NCBI GenBank assembly: GCA_051362555.1
Contig: CM120648.1
Coordinates: forward strand, 1,279,721-1,343,720
Direction: 5' to 3'
Source: Lingula anatina
Lineage: Eukaryota > Animalia > Brachiopoda
DNA: 64,000 bases
Below the pieces are notes generated by a model, which saw only the letters and a list, made by a program, of their open reading frames with translations, did no database searches and had not been told where the DNA came from. Numbering within the stretch: the first letter of the stretch is position 1; each line of letters opens with the position of its first letter. Shown piece after piece: positions 11,802-24,294 of this stretch. A program made the translations under genes and the position numbers.

Positions 11802-13306
11802 ATGTCTGGTTCCATGGTCGTTTGTTTCGTTGTGGGTCTCATCGGAGTTGCCCTTCTGTCATCAGTTAGTAGCAGCCAAAGTGTGGAAGAAAGGTCTTGG
11901 GGGTATAAACATGTAAGTACTGATAAGCGAAGGGGCACTGATCAATTTACAACGTGCAATTTTGTAAAGTAGTGGTTGTTTCCCAATGGATACATTTTTG
12001 AGACAATTTCTGTGGTCGTTTTAGACCTGCCCAAACCCCTTTATCATACTACCGCATTTGTATACGATGGTTGTTGGCCACTCTACCTTTTGGGATGTTT
12101 ATGCTGATATTGTACGTGGAGGTTACCACTATCCAATGAACAGATTGGTTCTTTACACTGGGCATTAAAAACGCACTCCCTACACCCCGTTTATATAGGC
12201 CCCGTGTATGCTTAAAGGTATCCTATATGGGGTTTTCCAGCCAAATGTTCCTCGAGAAAAAAAGATTTGCTCCATCTCAACAATTATCGTCAACACGTCG
12301 TGCACTTGGATTCGATGTTTTCTATCAAATCCTATTAAAAGACTTGGTTTTAAATGAGTTGTGTTTCTTTGAGAACACCGTAGGCCTACAATGGTATTTC
12401 AAAAGGAAATGTGGAGATCAGACACTTTCATTTGAGGGGATTTTTTTTTTTTTTAAAGGATAAGTAGCTTTATGGGGAACTTACGTCTTAATATATATCT
12501 TTAGGGAACATTTTCAAAAGCAGAATAGTGTATATTATAATTAGGCTCCATTTCCGACCACAGCTATGAAGATTAATATATAAAATTTGTAAAAAGCACA
12601 ACACTTGGAACTTAATGCAGAATTTACATGGTTTGGACCCTTATTATTTTCTTTCAATAGTTATGTTTAAGATTTCATATTTTCAGTTTTCTTTAAGGTT
12701 AGACGGAGAATATGGGCGGTACATGTTTAATGTTAGTTGTCAAACCCTAAGACACGTTGTTTCTCTTAGTCCTTTATCCGGGTTTCTTTTTAGGATCACA
12801 AGCGTCATTTCTACTGGTACTTGGACGTTAATCAAGATGGCATACTTGAAAGACGAGAATATATTAACTTGGTAATCCAGAGAGCAGAGCACCACTTAGA
12901 CGCCGAGAGACAATCTGAACTAGAAGATATCATGAATGAAGCTTGGCTGGATTTCTTGTCCAGCGAAGGAAATAACTATCCCGAGTCGGTCAAACTAAAC
13001 CCAGAGGATACAGAAGAATACCTTACACCAAGAAAATGTCGGCAACATAGAATTTTTATAACAGCAATATTTTATATATTTGACACTGATTTCACCGAGA
13101 AAATGGACAACCAAGAACTGAGGCAATTCTTCGATGTTTTCAGAGTCCCCGCGGACAAGCTTGCTCTGTCATTTGAACAAATTGACACTAACAAAACTGG
13201 TGGTGTTGACAAGGGCGAGTTCCTCGATTTTGCTGATGATGCAAGTTTTCTTGGTTGCGGCGGTTTCCGCACTGGTTTGATATATTCAAATACATGTAAA
13301 TCGTAA
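11802..13306 (+). CDS. Secreted SCP-like EF-hand protein, copy 6 (exons 11802-11912, 12794-13306; 207 aa)
   Basis: 111-nt leader exon ending CAT|gtaagt. Acceptor tttag|GAT CAC AAG is in frame with ORF 12821-13306. Confidence 0.85.
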
Positions 13307-14566
13307 GCGAACGGGCCCCACCCCCTAAATATTCAGATATTATGAATTCCAAATGAATTTCAATGAAATTAATGATGGACAAAAGTTTCATCAACGTTTT
13401 ATCTTATCTTATACAGACAAGGCTCCAAAATAAAGTCGTTTTAAGCAGATGATGTGGATTTTTGTCATCTTTCATGATATTCCATCTTTTATTCCTAACT
13501 TGTTGAGTTTTGCCCAAAGCCATTATTACTTCACCTTTTCCCTCTTTTCCCGAAAATTTGTCACAAATCCAAATGTGAGAAATCTGGAGGCGTACGTTTA
13601 AAGACAGAAAGGAAAATGAGTTAGTTCATTTAGTCAATTATTTAACAATTTAAAAGACCTTGAAAATGGTATTTAATTGTCTGTTGAATGCGTGAAAGGT
13701 TAGAATTTACACAAACACCCCCTTATGCAACAGTTTTAAAGAACCAGCATGATCACATTAAACAAAATTTATCAGAGCACTTTTCGTCATTTTACCTTCG
13801 GTTTATTGGTTTATTGGGTTTTGTTATGAAAAGATTTGAATTTCAAAATTCAAATCGAAGTTTTTACCGGCCTCCTCTATATTAGGTGCTTTGCTACAGG
13901 AACAGCAGACACAAACTGAATTATTTTAGATAATAATAATAATAATGTAAGGATGATAATTTTTTTTTGCCAAACTCCTTTGCCCTTAGAGGGTTGGAGG
14001 GGAGGGGACATTTTTAGACGACTGAGCACATTGTATACATTGATTGCTGTTTCATTTGTGAGGAATCTCTTAAGAAGCTTAACACGCAATTTGTTAATTT
14101 TAGCAACAACGGAGTCGAAATAAAGAGAAGAACGAACCGGTTCTGAGTCACTTTTTATTATCAAAATATGCTAAAATACGCAAAACTTCGATGCAAATAA
14201 GTTCGCACATTTAATGAAAGAGGGGTGACAAGTTTTTGACTAATAAAGGACTTTAGGAATCACATTTGTCCTAAGAAAAGTGAAGTTAGAATTTAAAAAT
14301 ACCTGCATATGTAATGCTTTCAATAAACCGGCAATGTACAAAACCCATGACTTTGGTCTGTATGTATAGAAAACAGTATGTAAACAAGTTGGCTATTTGT
14401 GTGGGTATGCAGCAACATCTATTTCATTTTGTTCGTCATATTTTGTAAAAAGATATCTCTAGCGTCGTTGTTTACCTTTATATTCCTTCGTGTCGATTGG
14501 CTAGAGGCTTATACATGAGAGTCTTATATGTTATCATTTAGTGAAGTCCTCACAAAGACTTGCAAA

Positions 14567-15946
14567 ATGTCTGGTTCCATGGTCGTTTGTTTCATTGTGG
14601 GTCTCATCGGAGTTGCCCTTCTCTCACCAGTTAGTAGCAGCCAAGGTGTGGAAGAAAGGTCTTTGGGGTATAAACATGTAAGTACTGATATTTGAATTTT
14701 GTAAAGTGCTGGTTGTTTCCCAATGGATACATTTTTGAGAAGATTTCTGTGGTCGTTTTCGACCTGCCCAAACCCCTTTATCATACTACCGCATTTGTAT
14801 ACGATGGTTGTTGGCCACTCTACCTTTTGGGATGTTTATGCTGATATTGTACGTGGAGGTTACCATTATCCAATGAACACATTGAGCCTTTACACTGGGC
14901 ATTAAAAACGCACTCCCTACACCCCGTTTATATAGGCCCCGTGTATTCTATATGGGGTTTTCCAGCCAAATCGAATTTTCCTCGAGAAAAAAGGATTTGC
15001 TCCATGTCAGCAATTATCGTCAACGTGTCGTGCACTTGGATTCGATGTTTTCTATCAAATCCTATTAAAAGACTTGGTTTTAAATGAGTTGTTTTTTCGT
15101 TGAGAACAATGGCATTTCAAAAGGAAATGCAGAGATCAGACACTTTCATTTGAGGTTATTTATCGTTTTTAATTTATAGGGAACTTAGACCTAAAAAAAA
15201 TGCCCTTGGTGGTACATTTTCAAACGCAGTATATTGTATATTATAATTAGGCTATGAAGATTAATATACATGTATAAAATTTGTGAAAATCACAACATTT
15301 GGAACTTTATGCAGAACGTGATGGTTAGGCCCTCTATTATTTTCTTTCAATAGTTATGTTTCATATTTCATAATTTCAGTTATCTTCAAGGTTAGACCGA
15401 GAACATAGGCGGTACATGTTTAAGGTCCTCTCAAACCTTAAGACACGTTGTTTCTCTCAGTCCTTTATCTGGGTTTCATTTTAGGATCACAAGCGTCATT
15501 TCTACCGGTACTTGGACGTTAATCAAGATGACACACTTGAAAGACGAGAGTACATCGACTTGGTAATCCAGAGAGCAAAACGCCACTTAGACACCGAGAG
15601 ACAATCTGAACTAGAAGATATCATGAATGAAGCTTGGCTAGATTTCAGGTCCAACGAAGGAAATAACTATCCTGAGTCGGTCAAAATAAATCCGAGGAAC
15701 GCAGTAGAACACCTTACACCTAGAAAACGTCGGCAACATAGAATTTTTGTCAGAGCAATATTTCATATACTTGACACTGATTTCAACGAGAAAATGGACA
15801 AAAAAGAACTGACGAAATTCTCCGAGCCTGGTCTGTCGTTTGAACAAATTGACACTAACAAAAATGGCGGTATTGACAAGCGTGAGTTCCTCGATTTAGA
15901 TGATGCTGCTAGTGTTTTTTGTGGCTACGGTTGCTACGGTCGCTGA
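14567..15946 (+). CDS. Secreted SCP-like EF-hand protein, copy 7 (exons 14567-14677, 15485-15946; 190 aa)
   Basis: Leader exon and splice sites intact. In-frame loss of about 8 codons between EF3 and EF4 (ELTKFSEPGLSF vs ELTQFFDVFRVPAAKLGLSF). Ends CGYGCYGR. Confidence 0.8.
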
Positions 15947-16599
15947 GTTATTGTTATCTCACTGGTTTAATATGCATTAATATATAAAAATTGTCAGCGA
16001 ACGGGCCCCACCCCCTAAATATTCAGATATTATGAATTCCAAATGAATTTCATTGAAATTAAAGATGGACAAATAGTTTTCATCAGCGTTCCATCTTATG
16101 TTATACAGACATTGAAGTCGTTTTAAGCAGATGATATGGATTTTTGTCATCTTTCATGATATTCCTTCTTTTATTCCTAACTTGTTGAGTTTTGCCCAAA
16201 GCCATTATTACTTCACCTTTGCCCTCTACAGTGATTGATTTGGAGGGGGTACACGATTATATTTGTATACTTTTCCATTGATTTTTGCTCCAACGCCAAA
16301 AGGGTCAAAAATATAAGTAAGATGAGTCTGTTAAGGGGCATAAGAATTGTGAACTTATAGTAAAATGGAGTCGAAATCAAGACGTAGTAAAGGCGGTTAA
16401 TTAGTCACTTAAGATAATGGACAAGAACTGACGCAATTTTTTGTTTGATTTATTTATGTATTTGTTTTTTGTAAATCTATCATTTTGCTTACTGGCAACG
16501 TTTCGTCATAATCATTATCTAAAATGCCCTATAGCAGAATTTTCACCTATGTCCTTTACATTGAATATGAAAGAATTTCAGACAAATGGATACATTTTT

Positions 16600-17270
16600 T
16601 TCTTTAAGTTTTGTTCCAAACTGAAAATTTGTCACAAATCCAAATGTGAGAAATCTGAAGACGTACGTTTAAAGACAGAAAGGAAAACGCGTTAGTTCAT
16701 TCAGGAAATTATTTAACAATTTAAAAGACCTTGAAAATAGTTATTAATTCTGTCTGTTGAATGCGTGAAAGGTTTGAAGTTACACAAACACACTCTTATG
16801 TAACTCTTTTAAAGAACCAGCATGATCACATTAAATAAAATTCACCACATAACTCTGTACGTGACCTTACTGAAAACAGCAGACAAACAAGTTGTACGGG
16901 TAGCATGGTTTTTCCCTACGTTCGTCAGATTTTGCAATAGCTATATCAACCGTCGTTGTTTACTTCTAAATTTCCTGATGACTAGATAGCAGGCCCGTAG
17001 CCAGGGGGGGTTCGGGGGGTTCGAAAGAACCGCCCCTTTTGCTGGATAAAGGTCCACTTTGGGTAAAATTTGCTCTAGGTACATGAAGTTTTTATGGGAA
17101 AAGGTCCACTTTTTCAAAAAAAGAACCCCCCTTTTGAAATTTCTGGCTACAGGCCTGAGATAGGCTTAAATATTTATACAGAAAGATCATCAAGTGTGGT
17201 CTATACAAATACGATATGCTTTCCTAATTGTTTCATTATACTCCCTGGTATCAGGGGTCCTCTTCAATAG
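16600..17270 (+). pseudogene. Decayed upstream/promoter relic of a further array unit, no intact exon
   Basis: Matches blocks that precede copies 5 and 7 (aaaatttgtcacaaatccaaatgtgag; aaaacagca..aaacaagttg; cgtcgttgtttac). Interrupted by a MITE and followed only by ATG CTT TCC TAA. Confidence 0.5.
16990..17157. mobile_element. MITE family B, opposite orientation to 11275-11448
   Basis: caggcccgtagccag...ctggctacaggcctg flanked by AGATAG on both sides. Interior is the reverse complement of the 11275 copy. Confidence 0.85.
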
Positions 17271-20156
17271 CACACAAAATTAAACTATAGAATACAATAA
17301 TTTTGTAACAGACTAAAAGCGGTAGCTGTTGCCAAAGAGTAGGTTAGTGTCTCATTGGGTCACCAGGAAAGAGAGGAGTCGAATTGGTATGACCCCATTT
17401 AACTTTAAAATATAAAGTGCTGTTCATCATTATTAAACTTATAATAATATGAATGATTCCTAGAGCTTACGTACTGCTTGAATTGCTATGTGATGTTCCA
17501 ATTTTATAGATTTTAACCTCAGTAAATATTAATTAATACAATTTCAATTTACTGAGACTATCGAGTGACACCAACAGGTAAAATGATAATGCAATTTTTC
17601 TTTTCTTCATTGAATGACAAACTTTGAAATGACATTTAAATAGTCCATTTATCTACTCATTTATTATCGTTAATATAATTATATTTTTGGGTTGGAGAAG
17701 ACGATTTCATAACATATTAGGGTGGGGAGGGTATTAACTTTATTTTCAGTATAGAAAATCAACATAGTAAGACATGACAATATTCAATTTCATAGATGGA
17801 CAACCATCTATCACCACATTGGAAATAAACCAAGTTGCATAAATAATCTATTCACAGCTCTGGTAGAGAAAGATATCTCCCGTTACAACTTGTTATCAAA
17901 TAACAAGACTTAAATGAATGAAAAGAATGTAAAAATCCAACAAAGATCACCATAAGTATGCACAATTCACTTATTGAAAAACTGCTGCACCATCATTACA
18001 AGTCTTAGAGAAAAAACCTTGACAGTAAAATTCTGTTTTAAGGCAAAGTCTTTTAAAGAAACTAAGGGACATTTTCTGAACAACAGATATTGAATGACTT
18101 ACATTTACCATGCTTGAAACATAAGCCTTCATATAATAATAATAATGACAGAAAATGAACTGAAATGTTTATGGATATTATCCAGAAAAAAAATGGTTAA
18201 GTTGACCCAGGCCTTATAGGGAAAAGCAGCCTATGAAATACGGCCAGAATCATGGAATATTCGCCGCCTTCCATTGGCCCCTTATGCCTCCAAACTAAAC
18301 AATCAAAACAATGGACTTTTGCTAAAATGTCAATCTTATTTCATTATCACTATGTCCTTGCTTCACAAGTAAGGTAAAAGCTGTCTCTAATTAGAAAAAA
18401 GACAGTATTTCAAATGCCTAACTTCTAATACCTATAGCTAGCACACTCAGAGCTTTGGTTTGAAAACTCCTTGCTATTCATAATACATATTTATACATAT
18501 ATTGCTTTTATATAATTATGTTATAACACATTTATTCATATATTACTATATACATCCTATTAAACCTGATCATCCTTTTCTATAAGGAAGTCTCATTATA
18601 ATATGTCAATGTGCTTCAAAAATAAAAATAAATTGAAATCCCTGACACAAGGAAAGCTTAATAACTAATTCCAATTGCCAAAAGAAAACATAATTATATA
18701 GAACTAAAACATCATCAAGTCCGATCTATCATCTAAGTACCTAAAAAGTTTTATTATAACAATATGGCATCCTACCATTTTGTTAAAAATCCATGAATAC
18801 AACTTGAATGCTCATTGTTTTCTTAATTTTTTTGGGATTTTTATTTTTTTCCCTGTTACTGCAGTACATTTATAATGTAATTTTCCATAAAAATGACAAA
18901 GGTTAACCCTTTAGCCATGAAACAAAATAGTGAGACGTTTGAACAATTCAGATATGAACTCCAGGATTACATACATATAGCCCAATGTGAAAACAAATAA
19001 TAAACACTTGTATTCTGAAAACAGATTTTACTCACTCCACATGAACAAAATGGATCATTTGATTTATTATTAAATAATATTTTTGTAATAACTTTAAAAT
19101 GGATAGCTTAGAAAATAAGTCACTTTTTACATGAAAAAGGAACATTTTGGCGATAAAAAAGGACTCTGTCTTGGAAAAGTAACACTGGAATTTCTGATTT
19201 TGAAAATTATGAGCAATTCTCCTATTTGACTTCACCCCCCCCCCCCCCCCCTCCAACAACACATATCAACTTTTTAGTGGACTACAATGCTAACATTACA
19301 TAGGATGAACAACGCATCACTTACACATGTATCATTTCAAAGCAAAAAGTTTTTGTACTCCAATGTAAAAAATATCTTTTACAAAATCTTCTCACCTTGA
19401 AATAGTATTCGACCCACATGATCACATTTTTACATATCAATATTTCACATCTTGCTTACTTTATTACTAACTGACATCAATTTCATTTAATTCTTTATAT
19501 ATGATTTGAAGTGACACCTACAAGTGAAAAATGGACTATCCATGTATCACAGTGGCTCCACCTATTTACTACCACAGAAACTACATAGCTCAGACACTTA
19601 GGTCCTTTTCATTTTCACTTTTTTCCTCTTTGAACTTTCAAACCTTACTTCTTTAAGAGTACATTTTTTAGTTTTATTGTTTTTTCTCTCCTCTTGATTT
19701 ACATCCAGCTGCCAAAAACCTTCAAAAAGGTCCAAAGCCGTGTTTCCAGAAAAGTTGGGCTGTTCTTTCTTGTTATGACCCACATCAGCAGGGATCTGTT
19801 TCACAAAAGAATTTTAGGCCAAAAACTGGTCTATACTTTAAGACCAAAATTTAAGCCTTCACTGATATATGATAAATCAGTAGTACTTATGGACTATTAC
19901 ATGACATATTGTGTCTATTATATGAAAAGTAAGACATAGCTAATGTTTTCAACTAACACTTATTATTTAAAGTGAACAACATAAGATGCATCCTGAATTA
20001 AAGAAGACTTCAGTTTTGAGCTACAAGTTTAGACCATTTTTGGGGGGGTGAAGCACTTTTCATGAAACAAGCCCCAGGCCTTTTGACTACAACTATCTCC
20101 CAGTGGGGTGGAAATCTTATCCCTCTGTTGTCCTGCCCACAGCCATCATAACTGAC

Positions 20157-20250
20157 TTAAAACTGAAACCATATTGGCTTGTTATCACGGTGAGCTAATC
20201 GTAATGCAAGCACCTGATTAGCGGAGTCAAACCCAATAAAATGGACCCCA
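20157..20250 (-). CDS. NECAP: Candidate alternative last coding exon of NECAP (SGVHFIGFDSANQVLALRLAHRDNKPIWFQF*)
   Basis: Acceptor gtgttttcag is compatible with the phase-2 donor at 20863. Open frame to TAA, ending in a second W-x-Q-F-stop. Confidence 0.65.
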
Positions 20251-20453
20251 CTGAAAACACGACTTAAAGAAGTTGACATGTTGGCAGCCATGTATGCAGT
20301 TCAGTCCAGATATCTCCCACTGCTTTTTTTTTTGCTTTGTCGAGTTTTTTCTGAGACTCATGAAAATTATCTTTTACGTTCTCGCTTCTTTTCTAGGACT
20401 TCCTTTGGAAGATGTTTTAATTCATAACATAATAACTCTTTCTCTGTCTTGGT

Positions 20454-23374
20454 CTAAAATTGCTCCCAGGGGTCATTATTTGAGCTGAAAAAGGAAAGCC
20501 TGATGTAACAAATCATCTGAAGTTTATGACAACTATTATCATGTAAATGAAACTAAAATTATTTTGTTTTATATATTAAAAAAATGTCTGGCAGAAAAAA
20601 AGGAAGAACTTAGCAAACACAATTATATGAAAATAAAGTAACTTATAAAGTAAAATGAGATAAATAAATAAATAATATAAAATAGAGCAATAAATAAAAC
20701 ACATCTGAATGAAGGTCTCTCATTTATGGGCAGTTTTTCACGATAGCGGCTACTGGTAAAAAAATAAACGGCAATAAAAGCCGTAATTGATCCTCTTATG
20801 AAAGCTTTGTTATTATTTTGGTTGAAGCATTAAGAATATGTTAATAAATAATATTTTAGTACCTTGCACTGGTGAAGTCCCCCCACAAATCCTGAGCACT
20901 GGACTGGTTGGCTTTCTGCTGGGGTTGGGACTGGAATGGGTCCACCAGGTCCCCTAACAAATCAATATTGCTACTGGGCTGTTGCGCCCTCTGAGGCGCT
21001 GGATTGCTAAAGTTCATTGAGGACATATTTGTATTTTGTGAAGGAGCAGCGTTTGGCGGTGGTATCCTAGCACCACCTGGTGGAGGAGGTAAGAGTCCTA
21101 TGCCACCTCCACCTTGCAATCCCTGGGGTTTTGGCCGGGCTTTACTTTTTCCCTTCTGAAATGTTGAGTGTCTATTTCAGACTATTGGCTGTAAACTTTT
21201 ATTACAGAGATATGATATGATATGATATGATATGATATGATATGATATATGAATTTAGTGCAAATGCCCAAAGACATTACTTTTTTTTATCATTTTCAAT
21301 GGAAACATTAACAAGTCCATTTCAGGTGGTTGGGTGAATGGGTATGTGAGCGAGTGATTCAGTTAATGAATGAATGTATGCATGAATGAATGAGTAAGTA
21401 AATAGGTAAATACATAAGTAAACAAATAAATATTAGATAAATAAATAAAATAAGCCCCTTCTTACACCTATATTGAGGGTTATTGTCTGTCCTTCCTTAA
21501 ATCCAAGATCCAGTTTAGGAGTGTTGTCCAGCGCCATCTCCTTCGTCGCGGCCTCAGCTTCCTGCTCCTGTTTTATTCCCCTAGAGTGATCACAGAGTTT
21601 ACATGATTTAATGTTTACCAATTTTCTAAGCAAAAACAGTGACAAAAAGGGAGCCATATTTGCTTTAATTTGCCATGCATTTCACAGGTTGCACATTATG
21701 TTATTAAAACCCAACCGAATTGAATGCCAGTAAAATTAGAGACCGGCAAATCAAATTTTGTAAATTTTTTCATTAATTTCTGCTTTGAGTCTTAATGAAA
21801 CTATTCTTCCACGAATATCGCTCCATCTGTGCAGGGACTCTCGCTGAATGCAATCAAATCAATACACCTCCTCTTGTTTCCAACATACTTCTATAACCAC
21901 CAGTTCTGTTGTACTCAAACTGTTAACAAATATAACACAAGTGAACACAATGCAGGTGTATATAATTATACTTACTTGAAATGATCCTGTAGTGCTACAT
22001 TCAAATCAAAGGAATCCCCTCTGTCAGTAAAGCCAATTCCAATAAAGGCACTTCGACCTGTAACAGACAGTGTTCTTTTAAAAACAGTATTCAAGTTTTA
22101 AAGATCTCTCAGTGTATAATATAATGATAACTTTAAATATATAAGCAATATATGTAGTTGCAGAATTCTGAAAAGGCAACAGTCAAACTAATACCTTTTT
22201 ACTTAGGAATCATATTCAAAATTAACAAATTTTGCATTTATAATATTAACAATATTATATTATATAAAATTAATTAGATAATATAAAACAATTAAAACAA
22301 CTACAATGAGGTGGGGGTTTCTGTTTTCTTCTTCCTTTGAAGATGATCTGTCTAATGTGTTCTAAAATCAGTCAATAAATGGAGCTGGGTTAACACTGTT
22401 GTCTTTATACTCAGGTCAACATAACAACAGCACAATTTAATCTAAAATAATCTATTTAATGTGGTATCTTTTCCCCCTTTTGTCCCTATGCCCTTGAATT
22501 TCCATTGGTGACCTTACCACTTTCATCTCGGATTCTTAACACAAAGTATCTACTTGAATCCATGACTGCCTCCACGGCCACTCCTGGGTAGGCCTCCACC
22601 GGACACTTAGCAAATAGCTCTCCTAAAACAAAAGAATTGAAATTCTACATGTCATGATAACATCTTCCAACTTATCCTTTCTATTTCAGGCCTTATAAAC
22701 AGATTAGGCGTTTACTAACACCACCCGCAGATTTCAGCACTAACACCCATATTAACCACCAAACCCACAAATTAACCAGCACTACCAGAGTGGATGAATA
22801 TTGGTGCTAGGTATCGCTTTGTTGGTGCTAAATAATTGTACAGTGTGTTGGGTAATTCATGGGGTTTGTGGTTACTATGGGCGTTATTATTATTATTATT
22901 ATTACTTTTTTTTTTGGGGGGGGGGGGGGGGGGGGAAGGGCGGGCACAGATTTCCACTTTAACTAAGGTCAGTTCAAACCAAGCTTCTTAACTGTGAAAA
23001 TCCTTTCACATTTTTTTTCTTTCTTTCTCCCTTTTTCTTTGGAGGAGGGGGCGTTTACTTAACAGTTTAAAATGAACACAAAAAAGAACTCAGTATATCA
23101 AGTCCTTTTTACTCCCTCCCTCACACACACACACAACAAACCAAAGTCCACTGATATAAGTACAAATAACCCTTTATGACAATCCCATTTATTCTTTATT
23201 CTATACCTGATACTTTATCTTCCAACTTTATATTGAGTTCTGAACCTTTAGAGGTCACCCTTAGCCTCCCTGTCCAGTCTGGCTTGTCCAATGTCCAGTC
23301 TGCTGCCCTGAGAAAAAGAAGAAAAGATATACACGTCTGTCTCTCTGTCTGTCCATCCATATACTGTAGGTTCA

Positions 23375-23412
<38 letters not shown>

Positions 23413-23957
23413 TTTACAGAGTATATCACTATGAGACATTGAGTGTCCATATTTGACTAGAGCGCATTGTTTTTATTAGCATTATACACTGCAAATAGTT
23501 TGTTGAAAACACTTTTATTGTTTTTGACACCTGTAGACGCAAATTAGGTGTTTCATTGAAACTAATGCAGCCAAGTTAATTTAGAGTTTTAAAAATATAA
23601 AAACTGACATTCAAAACAAAATTAAGATTAATACACGCCCAGGCCTATGAATTCCACTAAAAAAGCAGAAGCACAGAACTTGGCAATTTCTCAGTGATTC
23701 CAGATCTTATCGGTGAGATCTAAGCTCGGTGAAAGCTTGTGACAAGTGCCACCCACTTCCCCTTTCCACCGGCCGGTAAAATGGTTCCTCTCAAAATACA
23801 CTACGAACACCTTCGTTTAATTTAAAATCAATGCAGGATGAACAGAATAAGATTATAGATAGCGTATCTACCTGTAGCCTCGATTCGAAGGCCTAGGGGG
23901 GATTCTGTATACGAAAACTTCATTTTTCACACATAGTACACGCTCGTATTCGGCCAT
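20454..23957 (-). CDS. NECAP: NECAP, adaptin ear-binding coat-associated protein (exons 23957-23872, 23307-23207, 22622-22518, 22057-21976, 21580-21466, 21155-20863, 20484-20454; 270 aa)
   Basis: Spliced translation [45 protein letters not shown]...[38 protein letters not shown] (PHear domain), [29 protein letters not shown]-terminal WEQF*. All junctions are GT/AG and phases are consistent. Confidence 0.96.
21209..21248. repeat. (GATAT)n microsatellite in a NECAP intron
   Basis: Read directly. Confidence 0.95.
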
Positions 23958-24294
23958 TTTCGTGGCGTGTCTTGGCTGCATGAAAAGCGAGATCCAGGTC
24001 TTGTCAAATCGATCATTCGAAAATTATTCGAAAGCCACAAAGAATTCTAAACAATGCTTTTTACCAATTTAAAAAAATCACAAAAATATGTTTATATGTG
24101 TGATTTTCATGTTGTTGGTAAGAAAGATCTTGTGAGGCAAAGTTGTGAATTTTACGTTATCGACTAATGCCTGCTCCCTTTTGAAGGTACCCGGATAATG
24201 ACATCATCTGCTGATCCGAAAACCCTGCCATTTTGCAACAGTGGCGTTGGAGAAAATATAGGGTTCTTTCAGCATTTCCATTCATAACTCCAAC
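23958..24294. promoter_or_regulatory. Bidirectional promoter/5' UTR region between NECAP and VAMP
   Basis: Divergent start codons at 23957 (-) and 24295 (+) with only 337 bp between them. More CpG than the flanking introns. Confidence 0.7.

Noticed and set aside
8317-13885. Identical 65-aa ORFs at 8317-8514 and 13688-13885
   Set aside because: They lie in a recently duplicated intergenic block. No domain or splice support, and the diverged copy near 16760 is disrupted.
756-15847. Recurrent minus-strand and shifted-frame ORFs over the EF-hand exons (756-992, 3147-3527, 6025-6315, 10559-10795 etc.)
   Set aside because: Shadows of the duplicated plus-strand CDS. They recur only because the underlying exon is repeated.
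225-15946. Idea that the EF-hand genes are SDF4/Cab45 (neighbour of B3GALT6 in human)
   Set aside because: Cab45/CREC proteins are longer, have about six EF-hands and an HDEF/HEEF-type end. These are about 200 aa with three loops and SCP-like spacing.
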